A stretch of DNA of 64,000 nucleotides from Lytechinus pictus (lineage: Eukaryota). The translations under genes were made by a program, and so were the position numbers. The stretch spans positions 8,434,001 to 8,498,000 of the forward strand of contig NC_087249.1 in NCBI RefSeq assembly GCF_037042905.1, read 5' to 3'. The notes below the pieces were generated by a model. It was given only the letters and a program-made list of their open reading frames with translations, was not told the DNA's origin and made no database searches. Positions 38,401 through 51,074 of this stretch are shown here, one piece after another (position 1 is the stretch's first letter; every line of letters starts with the position of its first letter).

Positions 38401-38814
38401 AAAGGGGAGGATTCATGATCATATCGCACACAATTCATCATCCAAGCCTTCTAATGAGGCACATGAAAGTACTGTGCCTGATCCCTGCCACAGCACCTGT
38501 GCCCTTGGGCAAGGCATTTATGTACAATGCTCTTTTGTCATTCATTAAAATAATTGAAAATGTTCTATGGTATCTAAATGTGAATGAGTTTGAAAGATAA
38601 AAATTGTGGCAAAATTTCGAAACCACGACGCTAGAATAAGATGGACGGTCATGAGCGCGGTGAGCATTGAGTTCATAGTGACGTCATGTATCTCCCATTC
38701 TTATTTCGTAAACAAGCGGCAAATCCGCTTGGCTACTAAAAATTGTTGACTCTGTTTCATGTGTATTGTGCCGAAGTAAAGATAAACCAATAAACAAACT
38801 GTACTAGACACAGC

Positions 38815-39125
38815 GGCCCGTATACTGAACTCGGGTTTAAATCAAAGCCTGGTTTAAAGTTGTGTTTTAACTGCGGAGAGCCCACTGGGGTACAAATCCC
38901 TAACAGTACACATCCAATTCATTAACTCATGACACCCAAATTGTTTGAGAATGATAACTGCAGTATTTTGAAGTATTTTTATTTTCCATTATGAAAGCAA
39001 AAGGAAACAAAATAGTAAACATTAGAAATATACAATATAAACATAATTTTTGAAGAAAAAAAATTGGCTCCCCATAATTTTAGCACAGAGTGGTCTAAGT
39101 TAAACCTGACTTCAGAATACGTGCC
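38815..39125. mobile_element. Harbinger-type MITE (3-bp TSD AGC)
   Basis: GGCCCGTATACTGAA / TTCAGAATACGTGCC TIRs. Confidence 0.8.
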
Positions 39126-40079
39126 AGCGAATCTGAACAATTATTGGTTCAAACTGATTTGTAAAGAAGATAAACTCTTATAATTCTGACAATTGTATGT
39201 AAATAATCCGTTGAAAATGTTTTCAATGCCTACTTTTTTTTAGGCAAATTGTATTCCACTTTAGTGTCGAAATAAAAGATGTGAATATTTTGTAGAAAAT
39301 GGAATATCAGCAAGTGTTGTTTTATTCGAATTATCTATGTCCGTGATGTCAACCTTAGCCCTTAGTAAATCCTTGTAAGTCTATTTCTCTGGTAACATTC
39401 GGGGGAAAACCGATGATTTTTACTATTGATTTTTCACAAATAAAATTAAATTCAAATTTTATAGAAATATAGAACAGTTTGCTGGGTTGTCGAATGCATG
39501 ATATTGCCATTTGCCTTTATCCTCAACTGAAGGTCTTGTAGGGTCCAGCGATACCAAAAATCTATGTGTGCGTCATGCCTCATTTTACCGTCTTATTTCC
39601 TGTGCTAATTGATAAGCATATTTTGAAGTATTTCCCATTGCCATTATGCAGCAGTTTCTCTGTTCACGATTCCCTGTCTGCATCGATTTGGTCCGTGACG
39701 TCGTAGTAGCGTATTTTAGCATCCACTTCGCATACGCTTTCTGCAACGTTGAGAATCTATTGAAAACGCCCGTCAAATCTCAATGGACAGATAATATGTC
39801 ATTGTCGAAAGTTGGTGGACCGGGACAGAACATCGTCTTAAGATTCGAGCAGGACGAGAAATTGCAAATATGTCGCTTGTCCAGAGTACAGAACGACACT
39901 GCAGTTTTATTCACCGATTTTCGATAAAAGCCGCCTTTTTATATGAAGGGCTTTTGACAAATGAATCTCTGCGTTATAGAAAGTGTATGTGAAGTGGTTG
40001 CTTCAATGCCCTATCAACCCGACAGGCAAATGATGCCTTTAAATTAACCAGTATGCTAAAAACAAGATGTGGTATTACA

Positions 40080-40350
40080 TAAATAATGGTAATATAGGGT
40101 ATTTATGTAGCGCACATCCACCATCTAACTGCTCCAGAAGCTCCTGTTTTAATACCCCGACCAAGCCATACCGATTCAGGTGCTCACAGCTTTTTGAGGA
40201 ATTGCTTCAAGTTCGTACCCATTCAACTCACCTGGGTTGAGTGCAGTACATTGCGGATCCATTTATTGCTGAAGGAAATTACGCTAATTCTAAGATTTGA
40301 ACCCACGACCCTCTGTTTCAAAGTCCGGAGACTAATCCACTACAGGCCGC
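40080..40350 (-). mobile_element. tRNA-derived SINE
   Basis: B box complement TTTGAACCC, CACCTGGGTTGAG core and (AAT) tail. A relative lies at about 60020-60296. Confidence 0.7.
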
Positions 40351-41167
40351 AATATATACAATAATGTTTTTCGATACACCATTCATTTATGATGTTGCTC
40401 CAATGGTTTGCTTTAGTCATGGGATTGTCATGAAACATACTCCTCCCGACACTTTCTGACTTAGAAAATGTCTCCTCAACCTTTTGATCAAAATCAAGTT
40501 ATGGTAAACCTTGGACGGTTATCTCGTTAGGTGGTAGAGCAACATGAGTATGGGAAGCAATCAATTTTTGTCGGGCAAGCCTCTACCGTTTTGAAGAAAC
40601 CACGTAGGTTAGCCCCCATGAGTGTTTCCCTATGATATGCAACACTCAGCTAAAAATTATCATGAATCATACTCCTTCAGGTAAACATTATACTCTTAAA
40701 GCTACCATTTCGATTTAGAAGGGAGTATTGTTTGATCATCTTTTCTTCTTACAGGGCTACCTCACCTGCACGTTCGAAGGGGGAATAGGTTTCAAACAAA
40801 TTTATCAAGAAATCCTTCTTCAATTTGCCCATTTTCTGCTCTATCCGTGGTTTCATCTTGTGAATCACGTTCGAAGGGGGAATAGGTTTCAAACAAATTT
40901 ATCAAGAAATCCTTCTGCAATTTGCCCATTTTCTGCTCTAGATGGTAGTAATTGTCCATTGTGAAAATTGATAGTTGGAATAAATTATGATATCAAAATA
41001 ATTCACAAGATTTTATCATGTTTCCATAAATTTCATACAGATGATGAAAGGAGGTGAAATGTAATATCCCATTCGGTGCCCCATGGCTTTTTAAATTATC
41101 TTTTTAGTCTAAAAACGTCCCCTTTTATATACAAAAAAAGTTCTTTATGTCAAGAAGTGAAGTCATA

Positions 41168-41402
41168 GTCTTCTCCTTCATCTTTTACTTCTCCTTCTTT
41201 TTTTTTCTTCTTCTTCTTTTTCTCCTCCTCCTTCTTCTTCTTCTTCTTCTCCTCCTCCTCCTCCTTCTTCTTCTTCTCCTTCTCCTTCTTCTTCTTCCTC
41301 CTCTTCCTCCTCTTTTTTTCTTCTTTATCTTTTTCTTCTTCTCCTTCTTCTTCTTCCCCTTCTTCTTCTTTATCTTCATCTTCTTCTTCCTTCCTTCCTT
41401 TT
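41168..41402. repeat. (TTC/CTC)n polypyrimidine microsatellite
   Basis: About 230 bp of almost pure pyrimidine on the plus strand. Confidence 0.95.
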
Positions 41403-41914
41403 TCATGACTGTCTTGTCTGTAATATGAGACACAACAATGAAGTCCGCTGCCATGCATGCATGCCATCGAGAAACAAATATCCCGGACACGACAATTACG
41501 GTACAACGTCAAGCCCTATCCTTTGAACCTTATGAAAATTAAATAATATTTAAGAAATTAAAAGTCTGCTCAAAATAGGCACAGTGTTGGTATAACCGTG
41601 CGAGGATTAGTGGTATGTAGGGCATGTAATAATGGGGCGTTGTCAAGTCCCAGCTAGGGGGTTGGGTGGGGGACGTCTCGATTTAAAGTCATCGTAAATG
41701 ACCACATAGTGTTCCATAATATTGCAATAATTTGACTAAGGTTCACGGTTTTTTTTTATATACCATGTGACGGACGTATTTGATATTTTTTATTCGGAGA
41801 ACGTTACAGATTGTCCTTATTCCCGTAGATTAATATTATAATTTTGACACAGCGGCAACCTTAATTTGCATGAAACTGTACATCCAATTAGCAGCTTTGT
41901 TTCCTCAGGCAAAA

Positions 41915-42790
41915 AGCGCCTAATAAATCCAGCTATTATTATTATTATTATTGTCATTATACATTTCGGACTTCATCGTGATTTCCGCTTCATTGTATTC
42001 GTGGTAATTGCATGTGATCATCTGAATAATGTCAGAGACCGTTCCAATGGAATCGCACACTCTTGAAATGTTGGGCAACATACTGTCCACACAACAATTG
42101 GTTTAAAAAATATCCAACTCTGGGTAGATTGTTGTGTGGACAGTATGTTCCGGAGTATGTTGGCCAACACTTTTAAGAGTGTACGGACAGCTTTAATCCA
42201 GGAACCCACTCCCTCACAGCGGAGAATGTGTACATATCTTTCTTTCTTTTAACCTCATCATGTTCTTCATTTGATGTTATCCGTTGTCGGTGGATGTGGT
42301 CATCTGGATAACGTCATGGAACGCTGTTCTATGGGGTTGCACGGACAGTGTTAATCCAGGAAACGGTTCATTCCTTCTTGATGTCCGTTGGGCCTCAACG
42401 AACTCCCTGCTTGACCAGTCATTAATGACTGACCAAGGCTTTACGGCATCCTCTATCCGAAAGCCTCATTTGAGGTCAATCTTTAATCATTGATGTGAAC
42501 ATATTTCTAAATATAGCGGCGGGATTCTCAGCACATTTAATCCACTTCATTAAATGCAAAATTGAACATTTGATGACCCAAGATGACCCAAACGATGAAA
42601 ATGGTATTTCCCTTTTTACAAAAGTATTTTTATAAAATATAGAATATTTAAGTACTGTTTCACATGAACCTGGCCACGGCGGATTATCTATTGTTACTGG
42701 GAGTGCAGTGACAATGCTCAGCACCCCCAGTAACACTAGACTAATCCTCCGTGGATAGGTCCCTGCTGTTCTATGGCAAACTTAATTTAC
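41915..42790 (-). pseudogene. Candidate decayed two-exon gene for a secreted protein
   Basis: Signal-peptide-like exon, compatible phase-1 splice sites and an internal peptide repeat. Interrupted by stops, frameshifts and a MITE. Confidence 0.35.
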
Positions 42791-44900
42791 TTCAAAACAT
42801 CCAAACCTGAAGCATACACGTAATCATTTCGAATTCTCTAAATTCTAAATACATTTTATTGCTCTTCAACTCGATAAGGCTTAAATCGTAGAATAGAATA
42901 AAATAAGAAAAGTCTCTTAAAAGAACATCCAAAAGATTGGTGGATTCGATATGTTCTCTTTGCATTTATCATAATGTTTAGGCTACGCTATTGATGTGGT
43001 TAATGATATGATCTTTAATGTCGCATCATTATTGTCTCGATCATTGCTGCTGTTATAATCATAATGACAATAATTAAAAAGAAATCTCAATTAGCATTAT
43101 CAATTGTAGCTAGTATTGCTATTATTATTCAGCTTCACAATTCAATGATAACCCTATCATCATGTGTAGGTTTGTTTAATGACAACCATCTTTATTGTGT
43201 GGGTGTGATATGTGCGTGAAAGTAGATGTGCAATACTAAATTCCTAATTTATCATACTGATCATTTCACATCGAGGACCTATTTAGATTTCCAATGATTA
43301 GATAATGCGATTGTTTAATGAGCTCGGCAAAGCATCCCCTCATAATTATCTTCGAAACCCTTTTTTAACACTTTTCTTTAATTTTGCATAATAGTCTCGC
43401 AATTTCTCTTATCGCTGCAAGTTCTTTAAAATAAGTCACATTTAAAAGTAAGATACTTTAACGTTTCTCATCGACACGAGCATCATAGCAGAAGATTCTT
43501 TCAATACATACTCATGTTCGAATTCACGCACATTAATGTTTCAAACGAGGAGAAAAAACCCCATAATACCCAATTAGTCGCTTCCTTGCTTACGTTTCTT
43601 CCGAAACATAATCGGTACAAAAAGATGCTGAAAGATAACAGAAAAAAGAGATCTAGTGATGCAAAGATCTCTTAATTGAATTACCCAATGGAGTATTGTT
43701 CAGCCGGGATTTGGCTCATTATGGCCTGATCCATGCAGGATTTGGGCTAACATTTTCTGATTTTTTCCTCCGATATTTAAACATTTTCTGGTCTGATTGA
43801 GAACATTGCACGTGCTTCACGGATCACACTTAAGAAGACTTATGATTGAGTGGTTGAAAGAAGGATCGCACTCAGTTGCTTTAAACGAAAAGCTGCCATG
43901 ACGGTATAAGATAACGTTGCATAAAATGCATAGATGGTTAAGCTAGCACTAACTTGAATTCCTTTATAGGATAATGAAAATTAATTAAAGGCTTTCATGT
44001 TTGTATTCGAACCAGCAAATGTTCAAATACTCATAATTAAAAAAAAGGGGGCGGGGGTTAACGATAATTTATTGTTTATCTCCGAAACGACAAAGATAAT
44101 ATTATGTAAACATGTTCAACAGGTTATGACGTGATGTGTGCAAAGATGTCACTCTTTTATTTTTTTAAAGTAAATTAGAATGTAAATCATTAGCTTGCAT
44201 CGAATAAGGTATCAGGGTCTACAATAATAATAATAGTAATAAAAAGTTGCAATATATTAATACTTTTATAACAAACTTTAGCCAAAATCCAGATGGATTG
44301 GTAAGCTTATCACATTATTGTTTTAATCACAATTCAATCACGTCTAATTCTGTTAGAAAGTTATATATTTAATAAGATAGGAAGAGCGCTAAAACTACCC
44401 TCCAAACGTGTTTCAATAAGCAAGACAAACGAAATAACTAGTCCATCGTTGCTACTATAAGACCAAGAACGGTTTTAAGACATCCATTGCAGTTTCTTGA
44501 CATCATTACTTGTCATTGTCATCATTACCTGTAGGCCTACTTATTCAGGACACATAAGGCCTGCATCCATTTTGTTTGTGTACTATCATCATGAATAACA
44601 GCGAGTTTTCGCAACACTACGCAGACGCCTTCTGGCACGCAGAGAATCTATTGTTAGAAGACCTTCATGACAAAGCAGTCTTTGTCGAAATTCAGTGAAT
44701 CAAAATAGCAGTTAGTCGTCCTGGACTCTGGACTAACGATCTATTTTCAATTTGTCGTAGTTCGATCTGCTGTCCCGGTCCACAAACTTTTGACAAAGAC
44801 CTCTCAGCTGTCAAGTGTGATATGACTTGTATTTTCAATAGATTTACCACGTTGCAGAATTACGATAACTCCCTATTGTTTGTCTACCGACTGACCCTTA

Positions 44901-45205
44901 GGCTCGTATTCTGAAGTCAAGTTTAATTTAAACTCTGTTTTAAAGTTGTGGTTTAAATGTGGATAGGAAATATTGGCATAAATCTCAAACATCATTATTT
45001 AAATGTATCAGCTCATTTTTCTCTCAAATCATTCTTAATAGTTTCAGAAAGATAAATAAGATAGCTTTCTTCACCATTCACGAGTTAGGAAAGAGCACAT
45101 AAGAAACATACAATGTAAGGAAAATTTTGAAATTTTTGGCTTTCCATAATTTTAGCACAGAGTTAGACCATGGTCTAAGTTAAACCTGACTTCAGAATGC
45201 GGGCC
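44901..45205. mobile_element. Harbinger-type MITE, same family (TSD TTA)
   Basis: GGCTCGTATTCTGAAGTCA / TGACTTCAGAATGCGGGCC, flanked by TTA on both sides. Confidence 0.85.
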
Positions 45206-48200
45206 TTAGTGACTTAAATCTGTGTTGGCCCGATATGAGTCACAATTTTGCTATTAGAAAGTTTCCTCATGCCTCTTTGTTATTCACAGTGCATATATCT
45301 GCAATATCGCATGAAATCTTTTAATCGGTTATTGTTGTCCGTTCTATCACATAGGCGTGGTGTTGGTAATACTCTAACAATCCATTAAAATCAGCTGCTT
45401 AACCGCTAAAACCCCTTGTATTAATCCAAACCACACGGGCAAAATGTAATCTGATCTGATGACTATCACTGACTATAAAACACTGTCTTATTTTTATTCG
45501 GAATTGCAATACGGCAAGCTAGCTTTGTCTTCCACCCTTATGAAAAATAAAGTGATTTTCTTAGGTCATACTCACAGTCGGATACTGTACACATGTTTTA
45601 AACCAGTTGTTTACAAAGGTAAACAAAAAGTTTAAACAATCTATTACAAGTCAACAACTTGTTAGAGTGAAGGGCTTAAACAACGTGCTATATTTTTACT
45701 GTGTATAATAAAACATCCTAGAAAGTTTAAACAAGTTGTTTAAAAAGGTAGATTATAAATAAATTAAACAATATATTACAAGTTTCAACAACTTGTTGTT
45801 AGAGTGACGGGCTTAAACAAAGTGCTATTTTTTTTTACTGTGGATAATAAAATACCATAGCAGTTTTAGAGACGGGTCAATAAAAGTCTTGAAATCTTTA
45901 CAAGTATAATATTTGACAAATAAACAATTAAAAAAAATCTTGATGTATATTTATGGAACGGAATGACCGCTTCAAATATCATTTTTTTAAATATGAACTG
46001 CAAATGATGCGAAACAATAAAACAAAAAACAGGGTCAATTACAGTCTTGAAATCTTTAAAGTATAATATTCGACAAATTAACAATTAAAGAAAAATCCTG
46101 ATGTATATTTATTCAACGGGAAGACCACTTCAAATAATATTTTTTTAAATATGAATCGCAAATGATGGGAAACAATTGAAACAAAACTGCACAATAATTT
46201 GACGCTGTGTCCTTATCCTAATAATATGTATTTTGATTTGAACGAGACATGATCATGATAGTTACAGTGACAGTTTATGAATAAATATTTTTCCAAAAAA
46301 ATTTATGACGTATCTTATAGTTCTCTATTTGGACAAAGCGCAAAACAGCACTGTTATTTATTTATTTATTGATGATGTGATAATTCTATGACATAATTTT
46401 GTGATATTATACACCTAGAATTCTTAATTATCTCCTCCTAAAAAGGTTGGGCTCTCCCGTTTCAAGTTCAGAGAGACAGACGGGATGGAGGGAAACCTCT
46501 AATTGGTCCGGAAGACGCCCTAATTTCCCAGTAGGGATAGAGTTTGTCCCCTTATCCGTCAAGGTGCAAGAAATTACGGATTCCTCCTGAAAGAGAATGC
46601 GGAGATACAGGTGTTATTTAAGAAGGATTTGAGTTCTACTAAAGGTAAAGAGAGTCGATGTTTCCCATTGTCTGAAATAACATTTAGATTTATTTATTAT
46701 TATCGCTGTGCGTCCCTTCCCGGGTCCCTCCCCCCCCCCCCCCCGTGTTTCCAATTAGACGACACATTCTTGACTGAATGTTTATACAGCATGTGTTTGT
46801 AGTCACATAAAGTCAACAGTGGTCAACTTTTGGTCACTGTGTATACACATTGGTCTTTTTGGGGCTAAATCATCTTGGAAATTTTCCTTCCAAATCTAGT
46901 AGATGGAGTCCCTTGCACAGAATCCATCTCCAGGTAGTTATAATCCTCAATTTCTCAATTAGAGTTGTAAATGTGCAATGTAATCGTTTGACACGAAAAT
47001 AACTTTGCATATCTTTAATCAGGGTGGAAGTAAAAGTCGGAAAGACACGGGTGTTTTGACGCTAAGGGTTCATGTCATCGACACTTGTCTATTCAACAGC
47101 CCATCGGTGATTTACTATTGTCTGGAGGGCAAAAGTATTTCTATATCATAGGAAGATATCCACCAGCATATGCACCATTATGAACTTGTCACATACACAT
47201 TTAAAACAAAATCAGCTGGTGACATACCTATACATGACAGGTGATGAAAATCAAACGATATTTCTGATAGTGCTGATTCACCGACTGATTGACGTAAATG
47301 AAGTCCAAACATTCACCAATCCGGTGGCCTGTCTTCATTAGAAAACGACAAAATGAAAGAACATCTTCACGCTGTTAAAATAATATTTTCAATGCTATGT
47401 CTGTCATAAATACGAATGGGTTTTAAGTCTACCTTTAACCCACTCCACCTACCACTGATTGTGTATGTTTGAAACATAATTTGTCCATTATCATCTAAAA
47501 CGACCTTACCAAGACTATTACTATAGTAATTCATAGCAGTGGCGCTGGACCCTGAATTTACTTAGTCTTTTATGCTTTTCGGGAAATACATGAACTGACT
47601 GTACTCTTGAACTATTTGTCGTGATTAGGTGGTATCCACGCTCCTACTTGAGATTGACTATGTAAGGTCTTCGTGTTTGAAAACATTTTGTTCTCCATGT
47701 TAAGGCCTTCTCCATGATTGAGTGGTTGAAATATAATCAAAGTGGGTATACAATTATCAATTATCACTTTGAAACAGACATGACATGGATATTCTTACAA
47801 TGCAAAGTTTCACCAGGGACTTCGGCTATTTTTATCCTAGGTGAACTATGTGAGTCATGGAACTTTGTGAGGGTACTGTTTTTAAAGTCACTTTAAGATC
47901 TGGTCTAGGTCAACTATCAGAGTTTTGACCTCAAGTAATCGTGTCTGGCAACACCTCGGTATTCGAAGGCGAACATTTTTCAAATGACATTTTCTAACTT
48001 GAAATGAATTTTTTTATGGTTCTGGTTCTTCGGGTTTTTTCTTCTGAAATTCATATCATTCAGATTCCATCTCAAGATTCATCAAATATGTATAAACAAA
48101 TTCGAACAATAATCACCACAAAACTTTGAAATATCTCAGAAATAATTTTTGTCGCGATATACATATATATATAGGCCCTGACATTTGGTTATCACTCCTT

Positions 48201-49130
48201 CTGTAACGGTAACTTCCGTTGGAACTAGACAGGAGAGCTTTCTGCTGCATAACACCTAGTTGATATACCCAATTATATCGGAAAGACCTTACGTCTACTA
48301 AATCAATAACAGTAGATGAACTTAAAAACGACAGAAATTACTTTCGGGTCTTTTTTATGGGGACAATGGTCGAACGTGGTATACCGTTCATGTATATAGA
48401 TCTATTCACATTAAAAAGGTGAATAATCAACAATATTGAATTATATATTTACAGCAAACAAGGCGAAACTTATCAAAGGCTTCGTCTCCTTAGATCCTCA
48501 CATCCGCCTTCCGGGGAGGGTGGGGGTTACGATCTACCATTTAATTTTTCCTTTCCCATTTACTTTTCGATAGTTCACGATAAACAACAAATTTTGAGCA
48601 AGGACAGAGTTCAAATCTGTGGAAAGCATTTTTCTAAGAGGGATTTCTGGTTATACTGACAGCAGACTTATCAACCGTACGTGATGGATGAAGGGGATCA
48701 GATCAACTGAGATTCAAGATTTTAAGCAAGATATTTTTGGCTCTTGCGTTGATGGAACGTTTATCCACTCTTGCTTGAGCCAAGAAAAAGAAAACAATAC
48801 TTGCCCGATAATTGAGTTAAGTCCTGATTACACGATGAGAAATCGTAATTATCTTGTTCACAATAGACATGATAGAGCAGTGTAGTACTTGAGAATGAGC
48901 GCTTACATGATTAATATATAATAATGGCATTCCAAAGTCTGAAATGCATCAATGTGTTAATATGGAAGGCCTTCTCAGGAATACCCTTGAAACTGACAGA
49001 TAAATAAGGGAATAAACGCTTTCATAAATACATCTATGGAAATAAATGCAATGATTGTTGCCTGAAATTTATACATCAATTTCCTATGTGGCTTTTAAAA
49101 GTTATTCATAATTTGGGAATATCTTTACAG

Positions 49131-49401
49131 GGCCCCGTCTTACAAAGAGTTACGATTGATCCCATCAATCGTAACTCTATGGAAATCCATCCATACCATT
49201 ATTTTTTCTACATACAATTTTCAAAATGTCCTTTGCAAACAAAGGCGAACACACTATATTGTAAAGAAAACAATGAATTTATGTAATTTACGTCATATCT
49301 AGAAAACATTTTGAACAAACGTGCATTTAAGACGTTGACGTTGCTGGAGGTCCATAGTTGTGATTAATCGGATCAATCGCAACTCTTTGTAAGGCGGGGC
49401 C
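49131..49401. mobile_element. MITE with CAG target duplication
   Basis: GGCCCCGTCTTACAAAGAGTTACGATTGATCC / GGATCAATCGCAACTCTTTGTAAGGCGGGGCC, with CAG on both sides. Confidence 0.85.
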
Positions 49402-51074
49402 CAGGAGTGTTTATACCCAAATGAATGCGCGAAAACAATAAATGATTTAGTAAATAACTACAGTGTCTAACTTTGATTAAAAACCGAAGTCGAAACCATG
49501 AGCTCACAGTTAATATGTAAAAAAAAAATTGACATTTGGAATAGATACTTTTATTAAGGATAAATTATCTACATAAAAAAAATACGCTATTGTGGGTAGA
49601 GCTCCAAACTGCCATCCTCAATTTTTACAATATTGAAAGTTAAGTTGCAAGAGTAAAAAAGTTTTATAAACCAGATTTTCTTGTGTTGAAATGAACATAT
49701 GGTATACTGTTCGTTGAACATATATAGTTTTGTAGCAGGTGTCCGTATAATTATTCTTCTGCCATAAGGCTTTGAATTTGGTTTGATTTATCATAAGGCA
49801 AATATTTTATCCGGGGCAGCGATCCTAGGGGGGGCGGGGCAAAGTTTTGAAGCACTGAAAAAGTGCCTTTTTTTACGCAAAAAAAAAGCCCCTCACAAAC
49901 GTGTACTGTGCCCCTTTCACCTGAGGAGGCACCCGTTTCAGGTGTTACCAAGTGCCCTTTCTCGTATAAGTGCCATTTTTAAGAGCAAAAATGCCCCCTC
50001 TCGAACGTGTTCTGTGCCCCTTTCACCTGAAAAGGACACATTTTACGTGTTAACGAGTGTCCTTTTGAAACAAGAAAACAATATTCTCATTTACGTACAA
50101 AACTTGTAAGGATAATCCTACGTGCCTTAAGCTTCATGATTGTGAGTGGGGTAGATAAGTAGAGTACAGACGGGGGCTATTGCCCCCTCCCTAAATTTTT
50201 CACGACCCCAAAAAAAGAGAAAATGAAATAAAGAAGGGTGAAATATGATATCATTTTCTGATTATTAGTTGCCAAAATCTATCGAAATTGGATTTTCGTT
50301 TATAAAAATGTCAAAATTTTTGCTCGCACGCTTGCAGCTTCTAATAAATTTACGTGATACGACATTTCTAGCCCCCTCAAAATTTTTGCCCCATTACGCC
50401 ACTGTAGATAAGTCATTTTTTCCATGTGTCTCCCCCCTACTTTCAACTTTGCTCCACCGCCCCTGATTTTATCAGATTTTTAAATGTTTTTTTTTATGTA
50501 GCCTGTAAAAAAGATCATATAAAATGTTCCCAAAATATTCTCCACCAGCTTAGTAATCGCATCTCTCCTTCTCTCTCTCCCACACACACACACACACTCT
50601 CTCTCTCTATTACAACGGTTTCTTGTAGTTATAGAGGCCTGTTAAATCTCATGCATTTTCTCTAGCTTTGGTGATAAGGCGGTCGATGCTCCAATAGATC
50701 AGCAGGTATAATCCTACGAGCAGAGCTTGCTTTGTGGATTGATGCTACAAATTTTGCAAATCATGCCGAACAAGGAATGTTTCATCCTGATTAAATTTTT
50801 GGGAGATTACATTTTTTGAGAAATTTGCGGGAATATTTAAGTACCTGCGGGAAGACGGGATCACTCAGAGTGCATAAAGCTGATGACGTCAATCTTTGAA
50901 AATCCAGCTGAGTATTTTTGGATTTTTGTTATTTCGTTTATTTACGGATAAGCCGATGTTTTAATCCAATTCAAACAAATATTCAAAAGATCTGGGGATA
51001 TGTGGTGTAAGGGGTGTATAATCTAGGTATCGTTTTGTAGTAGTTTATTAGTTTAAGGGTATATTATAAACATT

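Noticed and set aside
41147..41512. Poly-Leu/Phe, poly-Lys/Glu and poly-Arg ORFs
   Set aside because: Translations of a (TTC/CTC)n microsatellite.
42440..42510. In-frame TGA codons as selenocysteine
   Set aside because: The same region has frameshifts, a TAA stop and a MITE insertion, and I see no SECIS. CpG decay is the simpler explanation.
44610..44670. Tc1 transposase fragment (TLRRRLLARRESIVRRP)
   Set aside because: The homologous copy at 39738-40000 does not keep this reading and no downstream W..V.FSDE motif follows.
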